Of a stretch of 64,000 bases of DNA, positions 1 to 9,096 are shown one piece after another. Origin of the DNA: Dehalococcoidia bacterium. Its GTDB lineage: Bacteria; Chloroflexota; Dehalococcoidia; Lucifugimonadales; Australimonadaceae. Numbering within the stretch: position 1 is the first letter of the stretch; each line of letters starts with the position of its first letter. The translations under genes and the position numbers were made by a program. The stretch spans positions 2,709,202 to 2,773,201 of the forward strand of contig OZ252088.1 in the NCBI GenBank assembly GCA_965248065.1. Direction: 5' to 3'. A model generated the notes under the pieces. It had not been told where the DNA came from. It saw nothing but the letters and a program-made list of their open reading frames with translations, and ran no database searches.

Positions 1-136
1 TTGCTACTAGCCGACCATGTGGCTACAATGCCGACGCCGCCGCCCCGTCCGCGCTCTAGCCGCTATGGCCAAGCCAAGCGGGTGGCGGCCGAACCTTTGC
101 GGCTCGAGCCATTGCGTTTTGATGGAGGTCCGGTTC

Positions 137-409
137 GTGGCTGAGGAAACCAATCGCCTATTCGTTGGGAACATGCCGTTCAAGATGACCCAGGACGAAC
201 TGGGGGACTTGTTCGCGCAAGCCGGGGGCGTGGCGTCGGTGCATATCCCGACAGACCGCGAGACCGGTCGCCCGCGCGGGTTTGGGTTCGTCGAGATGGA
301 GACCCCCACCGGCAAGGACCAGGCGGTCCAGATGTTCAACGGGTACTCTGTCGAGGGGAGGGCTCTCGTCGTCAACGAGGCCCGGCCTCGCGAGCAGCGC
401 TCCTACTAA
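137..409 (+). CDS. RRM-domain RNA-binding protein
   Basis: RNP2 (LFVGNM) and RNP1 (RGFGFVEM) motifs. GTG start chosen at 137 because GGAGG lies at 124-128. Confidence 0.9.
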   Translation: MAEETNRLFVGNMPFKMTQDELGDLFAQAGGVASVHIPTDRETGRPRGFGFVEMETPTGKDQAVQMFNGYSVEGRALVVNEARPREQRSY

Positions 410-526
410 CCGGCCTCTCTCCGGCGTCGGCCCGATGGGAACCGGGCGACGGTAGGATTCCCGCCTCCCTGACCTTAACCCTTCTGGAAGGGAATCCTCA
501 TGTGGGCCGCGCCCGCCTTTCGCCGC

Positions 527-1702
527 TTAGACCGGCATCGCCAAGTCCATGTACTTATAGCCGGAGCCGGTGTTCATCAGCACCGTCTCAGTCTCCGGCG
601 CCAGGAAGCCGGACTCCCGGAGCTTTCGGTAACCCACCAGCGTCGCCGCGCCCTCCGGCGCCGGCCAGATTCCCTCGGCGGCGCCCATCTCGCGCATGCC
701 GTCTAGGATCTCATCGTCCGTCACAGTGACGGCCGTGCCGCCGCTCTCGCGCACCGCATCGAGAATCAGATAGTCGCCGATGGCCGCAGGGACCCGGATA
801 CCGGCCGCGATGGTCGCCGCATTCTCCCAGGGCTCGGCGTGCCGTTCTCCGTTGCGGAACGCTCGCACAATGGGCGCGCAGCCCTCGGACTGCACGACGA
901 CCATCTTCGGGCGCTCGCCGCCTATCCAACCGAGCCGTTCCATCTCGTCGAACGCCTTCCACATGCCGACAATGCCCGTGCCGCCGCCCGTCGGATAGAC
1001 GATGGCCTCGGGCAGGCGCCAGCCGAGGTCCTCGGCAATCTCGTACCCCATCGTCTTCTTGCCCTCCACTCGATAGGGCTCACGCAGGGTGGAAACGTCG
1101 AACAGCCCCAGCTCCGCGGCCTTCTCGCGGGATAGGCGGCCCGCGTCGGATATCAGCCCGTCCACGAGCGTCAGGTGCGCCCCCGCCAGCAGGGTCTCTT
1201 TCTTGTTCGCCTCCGGCGCGTCCTGCGGCATGAAGACGTAAGACTCCATGCCCCCGCGGGCGCAGTAGGACGCCAGCGCCCCTGCGGCGTTCCCTGCCGA
1301 CGGCGTGATCAAGCGCATGAGCCCCAGCTCTTTCGCCCTCGATACGGCAGCGGACATGCCCCGCGCCTTGAACGACCCCGTCGGGTTGAGCCCCTCGTCC
1401 TTGATGAAGAGCGTTCGAGCGTCCAGCGCGGCCTCCAGCCTCCGCGCCCGGAGCATGGGCGTCCCCCCCTCGCCGAGCGTCACGACGTTCGCCGCGTCCC
1501 TGACGGGCATCAGCTCGAAGTACCGCCATATGCCGCGCGGACGCCCGGCGAAAGCCGACGGATCGACCTCTCGCCTTGCGCTTTCGAGGTCGTAGCGTGG
1601 GAAGAGGACCTTTTGCGCCTCGGGAGAGACGCCGTGCGGCTCGTCGGCGCTGTAGGTCCGGCCAGTCTCAGTGCATTCGAGGTGGGAGAGATAGCTTTTC
1701 AT
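527..1702 (-). CDS. thrC: Threonine synthase (PLP fold II)
   Basis: N-terminal Cys-containing knuckle region, EGLNPTGSFKARG PLP-lysine motif, PSAGNA and YPTGGGTG motifs. Confidence 0.88.
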   Translation of the reverse strand: MKSYLSHLECTETGRTYSADEPHGVSPEAQKVLFPRYDLESARREVDPSAFAGRPRGIWRYFELMPVRDAANVVTLGEGGTPMLRARRLEAALDARTLFIKDEGLNPTGSFKARGMSAAVSRAKELGLMRLITPSAGNAAGALASYCARGGMESYVFMPQDAPEANKKETLLAGAHLTLVDGLISDAGRLSREKAAELGLFDVSTLREPYRVEGKKTMGYEIAEDLGWRLPEAIVYPTGGGTGIVGMWKAFDEMERLGWIGGERPKMVVVQSEGCAPIVRAFRNGERHAEPWENAATIAAGIRVPAAIGDYLILDAVRESGGTAVTVTDDEILDGMREMGAAEGIWPAPEGAATLVGYRKLRESGFLAPETETVLMNTGSGYKYMDLAMPV

Positions 1703-1811
1703 GTTTCACCGCATATCCAACGCTCCACCGAACGTTGGATGCGGGACCGGAGGGTAAGTGCAACCACTATCCGCGGAGAAGGAGCGAGGCTCCTCGTTAC
1801 CAGGAAGCGTC

Positions 1812-2225
1812 CTAGCCCCTCGTGATCCATCGCCATAGGCGGGAGGCCGGCCCTGACCCCGGAGGGTCATCGAGGACCTGTCCGCGCCACCGGCGCTCCA
1901 CAGTTCGGCGGGGCCTCGTGAAGAAGGAGACGTAGGCGATGATGAACAGCGCGACGCCGATATAGGCGATAGGCGCGGCGAGGCTGATGCCCATGAGGTT
2001 GACGTCAATCCAGTTCACCACGACCGCGATGACGAGCAGTATGATGCCCGCCTGGAACAAGCGCCCCGGCGTGAAGCTGAGCGAGAAGCGGCGGGGTCTG
2101 CGGGGGGGCGCGGCCCGGTGAGCCGTGCGCTGCCCGCGCTTGGGGCGACCGGCACCCTCCTCAGGCGCCTCGTCGTCGTCCTTGCCGAGAATCTCCTCAA
2201 TCTCGCGCTGGTACCGCTGCGACAT
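1812..2225 (-). CDS. Hypothetical membrane protein
   Basis: SD GGAGGAG upstream, MSQRYQREIEEIL N-terminus, two hydrophobic helices. Confidence 0.7.
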   Translation of the reverse strand: MSQRYQREIEEILGKDDDEAPEEGAGRPKRGQRTAHRAAPPRRPRRFSLSFTPGRLFQAGIILLVIAVVVNWIDVNLMGISLAAPIAYIGVALFIIAYVSFFTRPRRTVERRWRGQVLDDPPGSGPASRLWRWITRG

Positions 2226-2390
2226 CCCTCGTTCTCCTCCGGGCTGGGCGAGATTCCCCGCCGGCGTGGCGGAGACCCTGCGCCCGCCTCCAGCCCACTG
2301 CCTAAAGCATAGCAGTCGACAAAAGGCAAGGGTAGGTGGGGTACAGCGTCCATTGGGGCTCCCACCGCGAGCGCGCCTATACTGACCGTG

Positions 2391-2614
2391 ATGATTAAGC
2401 GCGTTGTCCTCGACGTCCCCGACCGCATTGCGACGGCTGCATCGCGTCCGTTAGCCAGGTGCTGGAGACCTTCTCCGGCATCGGGGAGATCGTGGGCGGC
2501 CTCGAAAAGCTGACCCTAACGGTCGGATACGACCTCACGACGGTCACGCCGCACGCAATGAAGGCGCAGCTGGCGGCCATCGGCTATCCGGTGGCGGGCG
2601 CGCGCGACCTCTAG
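2391..2614 (+). pseudogene. Heavy-metal-associated (HMA/CopZ-like) metallochaperone, 1-nt frameshift at ~2424 (may be a sequencing error)
   Basis: Not in the ORF track. MIKRVVLDVPD, then after restoring one base (gac c[t]g cat tgc) LHCDGCIASVSQVLETFSG...GYPVAGARDL*. CxxC motif present; its stop shares CTAG 2611-2614 with the convergent CDF gene. Confidence 0.75.
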
Positions 2615-3519
2615 GCGCGGCCTGGCGCCGCGTCCGGGACGTGCGCCTCGTCGCACGCTCCGCCGTCCCCCCGTTCGAGTTGAATCGTGACGTGCCCGAT
2701 GGAGTAGCGGGCGTGCATCATTACGTGCAGCTCGTCCTGCAATGCCCGCACGCAGTCTCCCGTGCATTCGTCTGCAATGGTCACGTGCGCGCTGAGCGCG
2801 TGATAGCCGGACGTGATTGTCCAGATGTGGAGGTCGTGACAACCCTCGACGTGCTCGATGTCCTCGATGTCGGCGCGCAGCGAGGCCACGTCAACGTGCG
2901 CCGGCGTCCCCTCCAACAGGACGTGCGTCGCCTCTCGCACGACCCGCACGGCGCCGTAGACCAGGATGAGCGCTATGACGACGCTCAGGATTGGGTCCGC
3001 GATCCGCCAGTCGAACGCCAGCACCAGGACTCCCGCCACGACCGCCGCCAGCGAGCCCAGCGCGTCGCCCCCCACGTGGAAGAGCGCGGCTCGCACGTTC
3101 AGGTCCGAGTGCGACGACCGGAGCAGCAGCGTCGCGGCTATCACGTTGGCTGCGACGCCCCCGGACGCGACCGCTGAAACGATGCCTCCGCGCACTTCGG
3201 GGGGCGCGGCCATGCGCTGCGCGGCCTCGAACACGATGAGCGCAGCCATGGTAAGCAGGATGACGCCGTTGGTGAGCGCCACGAGTATCTCAGCCCGCAT
3301 GAACCCGAAGCTGCGTGACGCCGTGCCGGGCTTCGCAGCGAGCCACGCAGCGGCCAGCGCCAGCCCGAGCGCGAGCACGTCGGACACGGTATGCCCCGCG
3401 TCGGCGAGCAGGGCGAGGCTTCCGCTGATGAGCGCCCCCGCAACCTCGACCCCGAAGTAGGCCAGCACCACGCCGCCGGCGAGGGCGAGCGCCCGGCGCG
3501 ATGAGCTGTGCTCGTCCAT
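2611..3519 (-). CDS. Cation diffusion facilitator (CzcD/ZitB-like) metal efflux transporter
   Basis: SLALLADAGH and LHVGGD-like motifs, six TM helices, C-terminal HDLHIW...HVTIQLE. Confidence 0.92.
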   Translation of the reverse strand: MDEHSSSRRALALAGGVVLAYFGVEVAGALISGSLALLADAGHTVSDVLALGLALAAAWLAAKPGTASRSFGFMRAEILVALTNGVILLTMAALIVFEAAQRMAAPPEVRGGIVSAVASGGVAANVIAATLLLRSSHSDLNVRAALFHVGGDALGSLAAVVAGVLVLAFDWRIADPILSVVIALILVYGAVRVVREATHVLLEGTPAHVDVASLRADIEDIEHVEGCHDLHIWTITSGYHALSAHVTIADECTGDCVRALQDELHVMMHARYSIGHVTIQLERGDGGACDEAHVPDAAPGRA

Positions 3520-3600
3520 ATCTCCATCCTCACCGGGGTCGGCGCAAAGGTCAATCTGGCGCCGTTCCCGTCGACCAGCAGTTGAAGCCGCTCGCGCCGC

Positions 3601-4251
3601 TTATACGCCGAGGAACTTGATCGTGCTGTGGGCCTTGTGGATGCGGTTGATGTTCACTAGCAGCGCTGTCAGCTCCTCCACGTACCGGGAGTTGGAGAGC
3701 GGGCCCGCGTCGATCGCGCGCAGGCCGGATATGCCGCCGGCGAGGTCGAGCGTTTCCCGGCGCGCGTCGTCATCGTCCGCGCAAACGGCCACGTCGCCGT
3801 TGAGCTCCAGGTCCGGCTTGAGCAGGTCGCGCGCGCTCAGGTTCTGGAACGCCGACGCGACGCGGCTCTCCGGGAGCAGGTCGCGGGTCAGCTCGCCCGC
3901 GGAGCCTTCCGGCACGGACACGGCCCGCATCTGACCGTCCGCGAACTCCAGCGGCGCGATGATGCTGATGACGAGCTTCCCCGCCAGCCCGTCCCTCAGC
4001 GCCAAGGCCGTTGGGCGCAGGCCCTCGAACGGCACGGACAGCAGCACGGCGTCGGCGCCGCTCACGGCCTCCTCGTTGGCCGCGCCGGTGATGGGGAGGC
4101 CGGGCCTTGTTTCGAGCAGCCCTGCTGCCGCCTCGGCCGCTCGGCCCGCGTCGCGCGATCCGATGACGATCTCGTGGCCGGCCATGGCGAGGCGCAGACC
4201 AAGCCCCCGGCCCTCCGGTCCCGTGCCCCCAACGATAGCTATGCGCGGCAT
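3601..4251 (-). CDS. npdG: NADPH-dependent F420 reductase
   Basis: IAIVGGTGPEGRGL Rossmann motif, GSRDAGRA, VASAFQN, DAGPLSNSRYVE. Start set at 4251 (SD AGGAG). Confidence 0.9.
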   Translation of the reverse strand: MPRIAIVGGTGPEGRGLGLRLAMAGHEIVIGSRDAGRAAEAAAGLLETRPGLPITGAANEEAVSGADAVLLSVPFEGLRPTALALRDGLAGKLVISIIAPLEFADGQMRAVSVPEGSAGELTRDLLPESRVASAFQNLSARDLLKPDLELNGDVAVCADDDDARRETLDLAGGISGLRAIDAGPLSNSRYVEELTALLVNINRIHKAHSTIKFLGV

Positions 4252-4279
4252 ACGGCTCCTGCCATCCCCGCCCCTTCTG

Positions 4280-5221
4280 TCATCCCCGCGAAAGCGGGGA
4301 AAGGCCGGTGATCTCGGCGAGGCGCTCGGCGTGCTCTTCCAGGTCGAACACCGGATTGAGCAGCACCTCGTCCACGCCCATCTCCGACCACTCTTCAAGT
4401 AGCTCTTGTATCTTGGACGCGCTGCCCCAGACCGCTGCCCGGTCGGCGTTGTCGGCATTGCCGTAGTAGTAGCCGTACCACTCCCGCAGCCGCCGGTGGG
4501 CGCGCGCCTCGTCGTCGTCGACCGCCAGGTACAGGCGTTTCGATATGGGGAAGGTCGCGGGGTCGCGGTCCGCCTCGGCCAGCAGCGATTGCACCAGCTC
4601 CACCTTGCGCGGGAAATCGTCGAGCGCCGAACTCCCCGCGCCCATCCAGCCGTCGGCGATGCGGACGGCCCGCTTGAGGGCTTGGTCCACGTTCGCGCCG
4701 AACCAGATGGGCGGGTGCGGCTTCTGCAGAGGCTTCGGCTCGATGTTCACGCCGTCGAGGTTGTGGAAGGTCCCGGAGTAATGCGCAGGCGTCTGGGTCC
4801 AGAGCGCCCGGAGGACTTCGACCTGCTCGGTGAAACGGCTCACCCGACGCTCGGGGCTGACGCCGTACATCGGAAGCTCGTCGGCGTTGTTTCCGAGGCC
4901 AACGCCCAGGATGAGACGCCCGCCGCTCATCTGGTCGACGTCCGCCATGAGCTTGGCCAGGTGTATGGGGTTGTGCCTCGGCAGCACGAGCACGGAAACG
5001 CCCAGCCGCGCCCTGGACGTCTGTCCCGCGATGTAGGCGAGGAAGGTCGTCGGGTGAAGCACGTTGGGCCGCCCCGTCACGCGCTCTTGGGTCCAGAGGC
5101 TGGAATACCCCAGCGTCTCGGCCCTCCGGACGAACCGGCCCACGAATTCCATGTCCACCTTGCCGTCGGGAAATATGTGCGGCGAGGCGATTCCTATCTT
5201 CATCCCATCTGCTATCGACAT
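4280..5221 (-). CDS. Luciferase-like (LLM) flavin/F420-dependent oxidoreductase
   Basis: AETLGYSSLWTQE, RLILGVGLG, PKPLQKPHPPIWFG, AVRIADGW. The stop lies inside a REP palindrome (4279-4300). Confidence 0.9.
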   Translation of the reverse strand: MSIADGMKIGIASPHIFPDGKVDMEFVGRFVRRAETLGYSSLWTQERVTGRPNVLHPTTFLAYIAGQTSRARLGVSVLVLPRHNPIHLAKLMADVDQMSGGRLILGVGLGNNADELPMYGVSPERRVSRFTEQVEVLRALWTQTPAHYSGTFHNLDGVNIEPKPLQKPHPPIWFGANVDQALKRAVRIADGWMGAGSSALDDFPRKVELVQSLLAEADRDPATFPISKRLYLAVDDDEARAHRRLREWYGYYYGNADNADRAAVWGSASKIQELLEEWSEMGVDEVLLNPVFDLEEHAERLAEITGLSPLSRG

Positions 5222-5292
5222 TGCTCTTTCCTCTCAGGGGAGGAGTCATGGTAGGGGATGGGCGGCGCCGGGGAAAGTGGGCTCCTCCCCCC

Positions 5293-5533
5293 CTAGAGTG
5301 TCAGTTTGAGCAAAAAATTCAAAATCTGACCAAAACCTCCGGCATAGGCGTGACGGGATGAGTTCGGGGTCAGCTGAGGCGCGTTGAAGCCCCTCCTTGA
5401 CGGGCGATGTAGACTGACCCTTGCCTAGGGAAGCCTCGCCATGCTCAAAGTAGCTGGGGCGCGGACTCGACGCGCCCCCTTGTGAACATCGCTGGCACAG
5501 GGCTTCCCTAGGCAAGGAGTCCAAACGCTCTAG
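5293..5533. mobile_element. Possible MITE/IS remnant bounded by CTAG, with an internal 17-bp perfect inverted repeat
   Basis: CTAG at 5293 and 5530, weak inverted end similarity (CTAGAGTGT / CTAGAGCGT). Perfect IR CCTTGCCTAGGGAAGCC at 5419-5435 and 5501-5517. Confidence 0.3.
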
Positions 5534-5551
5534 CGTCACAAGGGGGTTTCC

Positions 5552-6517
5552 ATGAATAAGGCCAGCGTGTTTGCCCTGCTCGTTGCCACGCTCCTCATAG
5601 TCGCCTGTGGGCAGCCTACTCCGACTCCGACTGCTACTCCCATGCCAACGCTTACTCCTTCGCCAACGCCTGAACCAACGCCTACCCCTACAGCTACTCC
5701 TATCTCGATGCCTACTCCGACTCCGACTGCTACTCCCATGCCAACGCTTACTCCCTCGCCAACCGCTACATCTACACCTACTCCCTCGCCGACGCCTGAA
5801 CCTACGCCTACACCGACACCAAACATTGGACTATGGACGACTTTCGACACGGCTGACCCAGTAACAGAGGATCGCACTCATGGCATCAAACTCTTAGGAG
5901 ATACGCCTGGGCAATCGTTGACCATCCAATGCCAAACATCTGATAGCTCAGTTTATCCTTGGTCGTTTGACCTGATAGTTGAGTTTGGAACTCAACTGAC
6001 GCCAGGAGGAGTTCCATATGCCGGAAGCAGGTGGTTTATTTCCACAATACAAAACGTATACAGAGTCCAAACAGAAAGCAATCCATCGAGTATCAATTCA
6101 TGGGATGCTTTGCCGTCCGGTTCCGAACTTGTTTGGTCGAGAGTCAACTCCCGAATATATCAATCGTACAACGATTATCCTAGCGCAGCAGACTTTAGCA
6201 ATCCCACTCCAGAAGAACAAGCCGCTATAGATGCTTACGTGCGAGGAGCACAAGAGGCACAAAACAAAGACAAAGCAGCTCTGCGTGAGTTCGTGAAGCG
6301 ATTGACCAATGCCGATATGTTTGCTATACGCGCGTTCGGAGGTCAACGAATTGAAAGCAGCAGGTTCGAGTTCCCAGAAGGTTCTTTTGGAGAGACATTA
6401 GCTCAACTTGTCGTGCCCGAGCACCCGCACCTTGCTGTTTTCGATATCCGAGGTCTAGATGTCGCGATACAGCCCATATATGAATCGTGTTGGGAATATC
6501 CTGAGCCAACAGCTTGA
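5552..6517 (+). CDS. Lipoprotein with Pro/Thr-rich linker, unknown function
   Basis: Signal peptide ending LIVA-C (lipobox), ~65 aa PT-repeat with an internal duplication, globular C-terminus, lower GC than the backbone. Confidence 0.8.
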   Translation: MNKASVFALLVATLLIVACGQPTPTPTATPMPTLTPSPTPEPTPTPTATPISMPTPTPTATPMPTLTPSPTATSTPTPSPTPEPTPTPTPNIGLWTTFDTADPVTEDRTHGIKLLGDTPGQSLTIQCQTSDSSVYPWSFDLIVEFGTQLTPGGVPYAGSRWFISTIQNVYRVQTESNPSSINSWDALPSGSELVWSRVNSRIYQSYNDYPSAADFSNPTPEEQAAIDAYVRGAQEAQNKDKAALREFVKRLTNADMFAIRAFGGQRIESSRFEFPEGSFGETLAQLVVPEHPHLAVFDIRGLDVAIQPIYESCWEYPEPTA

Positions 6518-6547
6518 CAGCCGAAGAAATAGGAGGAGGCAAGGTCG

Positions 6548-6787
6548 ATGACAGAAACTCCGAGAGACCCCATCGACGATGTCCGATTCGCCACGCAAAG
6601 CATCATAAGAGTTGATCTTCTTCGTCAGAAGATTCATCTGGTGTTTCAAACACGACAACGGAACCAATCGGAAGATTCTCAATCTCAGCCATTGTCGGTA
6701 GAGTTGCCGGCGGAGGATGCAGTGGCCCTTGCCAAAGCAATATTGTCGGATGCTGAGACTCTCCTAGATATAGACGTACAACCATGA
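6548..6787 (+). CDS. Small hypothetical protein
   Basis: SD GGAGGAGG upstream, 79 aa, directly follows the lipoprotein gene. Confidence 0.6.
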   Translation: MTETPRDPIDDVRFATQSIIRVDLLRQKIHLVFQTRQRNQSEDSQSQPLSVELPAEDAVALAKAILSDAETLLDIDVQP

Positions 6788-6850
6788 TGTTCTACCCCTC
6801 CTTGTCTCTAAGTAGACACGCGAGGTAGAAATGACAAGGATTGCCCTCCC

Positions 6851-7183
6851 CTACGGCGGGATCGAGCGGGCAAGCTGCTCCAGGGTAAACGGCTCTCCGG
6901 TCAAGCCAGCGGCCATCGCGGGCGTTACGTCCAGCCCGTTCTTGCGGAGGGTCGAGTGCGGGCGAATGTAGTTGTAGTAGACCGTATGCAAGGCGACCGC
7001 ATGACGGTGCTTCAATAGGCTCTTGGAGAAGGAGTCGGCCTGGCGGGTATAGCGCTTCACCGACATGCGTAGGGTCTTGTTGTATCGTTCGATGTAATTC
7101 GTGTGCATGATGGACGTGTCGGGGTCGCCTATGACGATTTCCTTCCTGATGCCGAACAAGCCGCCAGGAGAGCCGCCCGGCAC
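6851..7183 (-). pseudogene. IS1-family transposase C-terminal remnant
   Basis: GDPDTSIMHTNYIERYNKTLRMSVKRYTR...SFSK...YYNYIRPHSTL...TPAMAAGL. 5' part is missing and truncated next to REP sequence. Confidence 0.75.
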
Positions 7184-7426
7184 TCAATCCGTCATTGCCT
7201 CGAAAATAGGGCTCCGCAGAGGTGGCTTTAGCCATCCTCTACCCCCCTCCCGTCATTCCCGCGAAGGCGGGAACCTAGGATGCCCCCCGCGCCCCACGTA
7301 CCTGTAGGGGCGTCCCTTGTGGGCGCCCCCGCCCAATAGGTTCGCCGTCCCCAACGCTCCCGTCCCCTCCTTGCCAAGGAGGGGCTAGGGGTGGTTCCGT
7401 CTGCGCGGGGGAGGACACCCACCCCC

Positions 7427-7456
7427 TTGACGCCATAGACAATCCTATGTCATAAT
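7427..7456 (+). promoter_or_regulatory. Putative sigma70 promoter upstream of terL
   Basis: TTGACG (7427) - 18 nt - CATAAT (7451), with TG at 7448-7449 (extended -10 position). Confidence 0.5.
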
Positions 7457-7504
7457 AACATCACACGCCAACATACACCCAACACACCGAACCCCCGAGC
7501 GGAC

Positions 7505-7542
7505 GAGCCGCCGGAGCCACAGCAAGGCCCGGCGGCTCTTTT
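7505..7542 (+). terminator. Terminator/attenuator-like hairpin in the terL leader
   Basis: GAGCCGCCGG (7505-7514) pairs with CCGGCGGCTC (7529-7538), followed by TTTT. Confidence 0.5.
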
Positions 7543-7578
7543 CGTTCCGCCGGGCGCCGCCCACGAAAGGAGGACCCC

Positions 7579-9028
7579 ATCAAACGCTCACGCCCCAAGG
7601 ACACCCCCATCGACCTCTCACCATACCGCGACGACCCCCTCGGCTTCGTCAAAGACATCCTCTCCGGCTCCGGCACGCCCTACGCCAAGCAGGAAGAGCT
7701 CCTCCGAGCCCTCGTCAGCGACAAACGCCGCGTCTCCGTCGTCGGATGCAACTCCTCCGGCAAGGACTGGGCCGCCGCTCGCGCCATCCTCTGGTGGATC
7801 GAGACACGCCCCAAAGCCAAGGTCATCGTCACCGCCCCCACCCTCCGCCAGGTCAAGGAGATCGTCTGGGAGGAGCTCCGCGCCGCCCACGCCGCCGCCA
7901 AACACCGCCTCTCCGGTTCCGTCCGCGTCGGCGAGTACCGCGCCGGCCCCGACCGCGTCGGCCTCTGCATCACCTCCAACAACCAGCACAATCTTCAGGG
8001 CTTCCACTCCCCGGAGCTCCTCGTCATCGTCACCGAGGCCCAGGGCGTCAAGCAGCCCTACTTCGAGGCCCTCAAACGCCTCAACCCCAAGAAGATGCTC
8101 CTCCTCGGCAACCCCCTCTCTCTCACCGGCGAGTTCTACGACTCCCACCACGGCAAGAGCCCCCTCTACGAGCGCGTCTCCATCTCCGCCTACGACTCCC
8201 CCAACGTCCAGGAGGGCCGCCTCGACGCCCTCCCCGGCCTCGTCACCCCCGAGGACGTGGAGGAGCGCCGCCAGGAGTGGGGCCCGGACTCCCCCCTCTA
8301 CATCGCCTCGATCCTCGGCGAGTTCCCCGAGGCCCTCGAAGACTCCCTCACCTCCCGCCCCCACGTGGACGCCGCCGTCGAGCGCTGGCGCCGCGAGTCC
8401 CCTTCCGTCATTCCCGCCTGCGGGAGGGGACGCGCGAGCGCAGCAAAGCGCGGGGGAGGCGGCCCCCCTCATCCCGCCCAGCGACGGCCCCCACCTCAAC
8501 CAGCCCTGGCGCATGGGCGTGGACGTCGCCCGGTTCGGCAACGACAAATCCGTCATCTGCCTCCGCCGCGGCGACCGCGTCGAGCGCCTCATCGCCTTCG
8601 AACGCAAGGACACCATGCGCCTCGCCGACGAGGTACGCGAGATCGCCGAGACCCTGCGCGTCCCCGCCGTCTTCGTCGACGAAACCGGCGTCGGCGGAGG
8701 CGTGGTCGACCGTCTGAAGCAGCTCCGCGTCCCCGTCATCGGCGTCGAGGGCGGCGGCAAAGCCTACCGCCCCGCCCAGTTCGCCGACATGCGGGCCGAG
8801 ACGTTCTGGGAGGTGGCGCGCCGCCTCCGCGAGGGCCAGATGTCCCTCCCGCCCGACGACGAGCTGGCAGGCCAGCTCCTGGCCCAGCGCTACGACATCT
8901 CGTCGGCGGGGCGCATCCACCTCGAAAGCAAGGCGACGCTCCGCCGTCACGGCGTCCCCTCCCCCGACAAAGCCGACGCCCTAGCCCTCGCCTTCATGGA
9001 GCCCCCCAACATGAACGTCTGGTTCTAA
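7579..9028 (+). CDS. Solitary phage terminase large subunit (ATPase + RNase H-like nuclease); ATC start; 2-nt frameshift at ~8421
   Basis: The frame open from 7459 encodes DPLGFVKDIL...YAKQEELL...GCNSSGKD...IVTAPTLRQVK...VIVTEAQG...LLGNP...ILGEFP. The second frame encodes GVDVARFGND, FVDETGVGGGVVDRL and SPDKADALALAF. SD AAAGGAGG at 7566-7573 precedes ATC 7579. Confidence 0.85.
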
Positions 9029-9096
9029 CCATGCCCCGCCATTCCGTCCCGGTATCCTGCTGCGCTCCCTGCGCCCGGTGGGTGTACAATCGCGCG

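Noticed and set aside
1715-1740. Hairpin upstream of thrC as a T-box or riboswitch
   Set aside because: Only an 8-bp stem; no T-box motif or U-tract.
5536-5877. Gly/Val-repeat ORF on the minus strand
   Set aside because: Antisense shadow of the Pro/Thr repeat.
7579-9028. Prophage
   Set aside because: No portal, capsid, tail, terS, integrase or att pair in the window.
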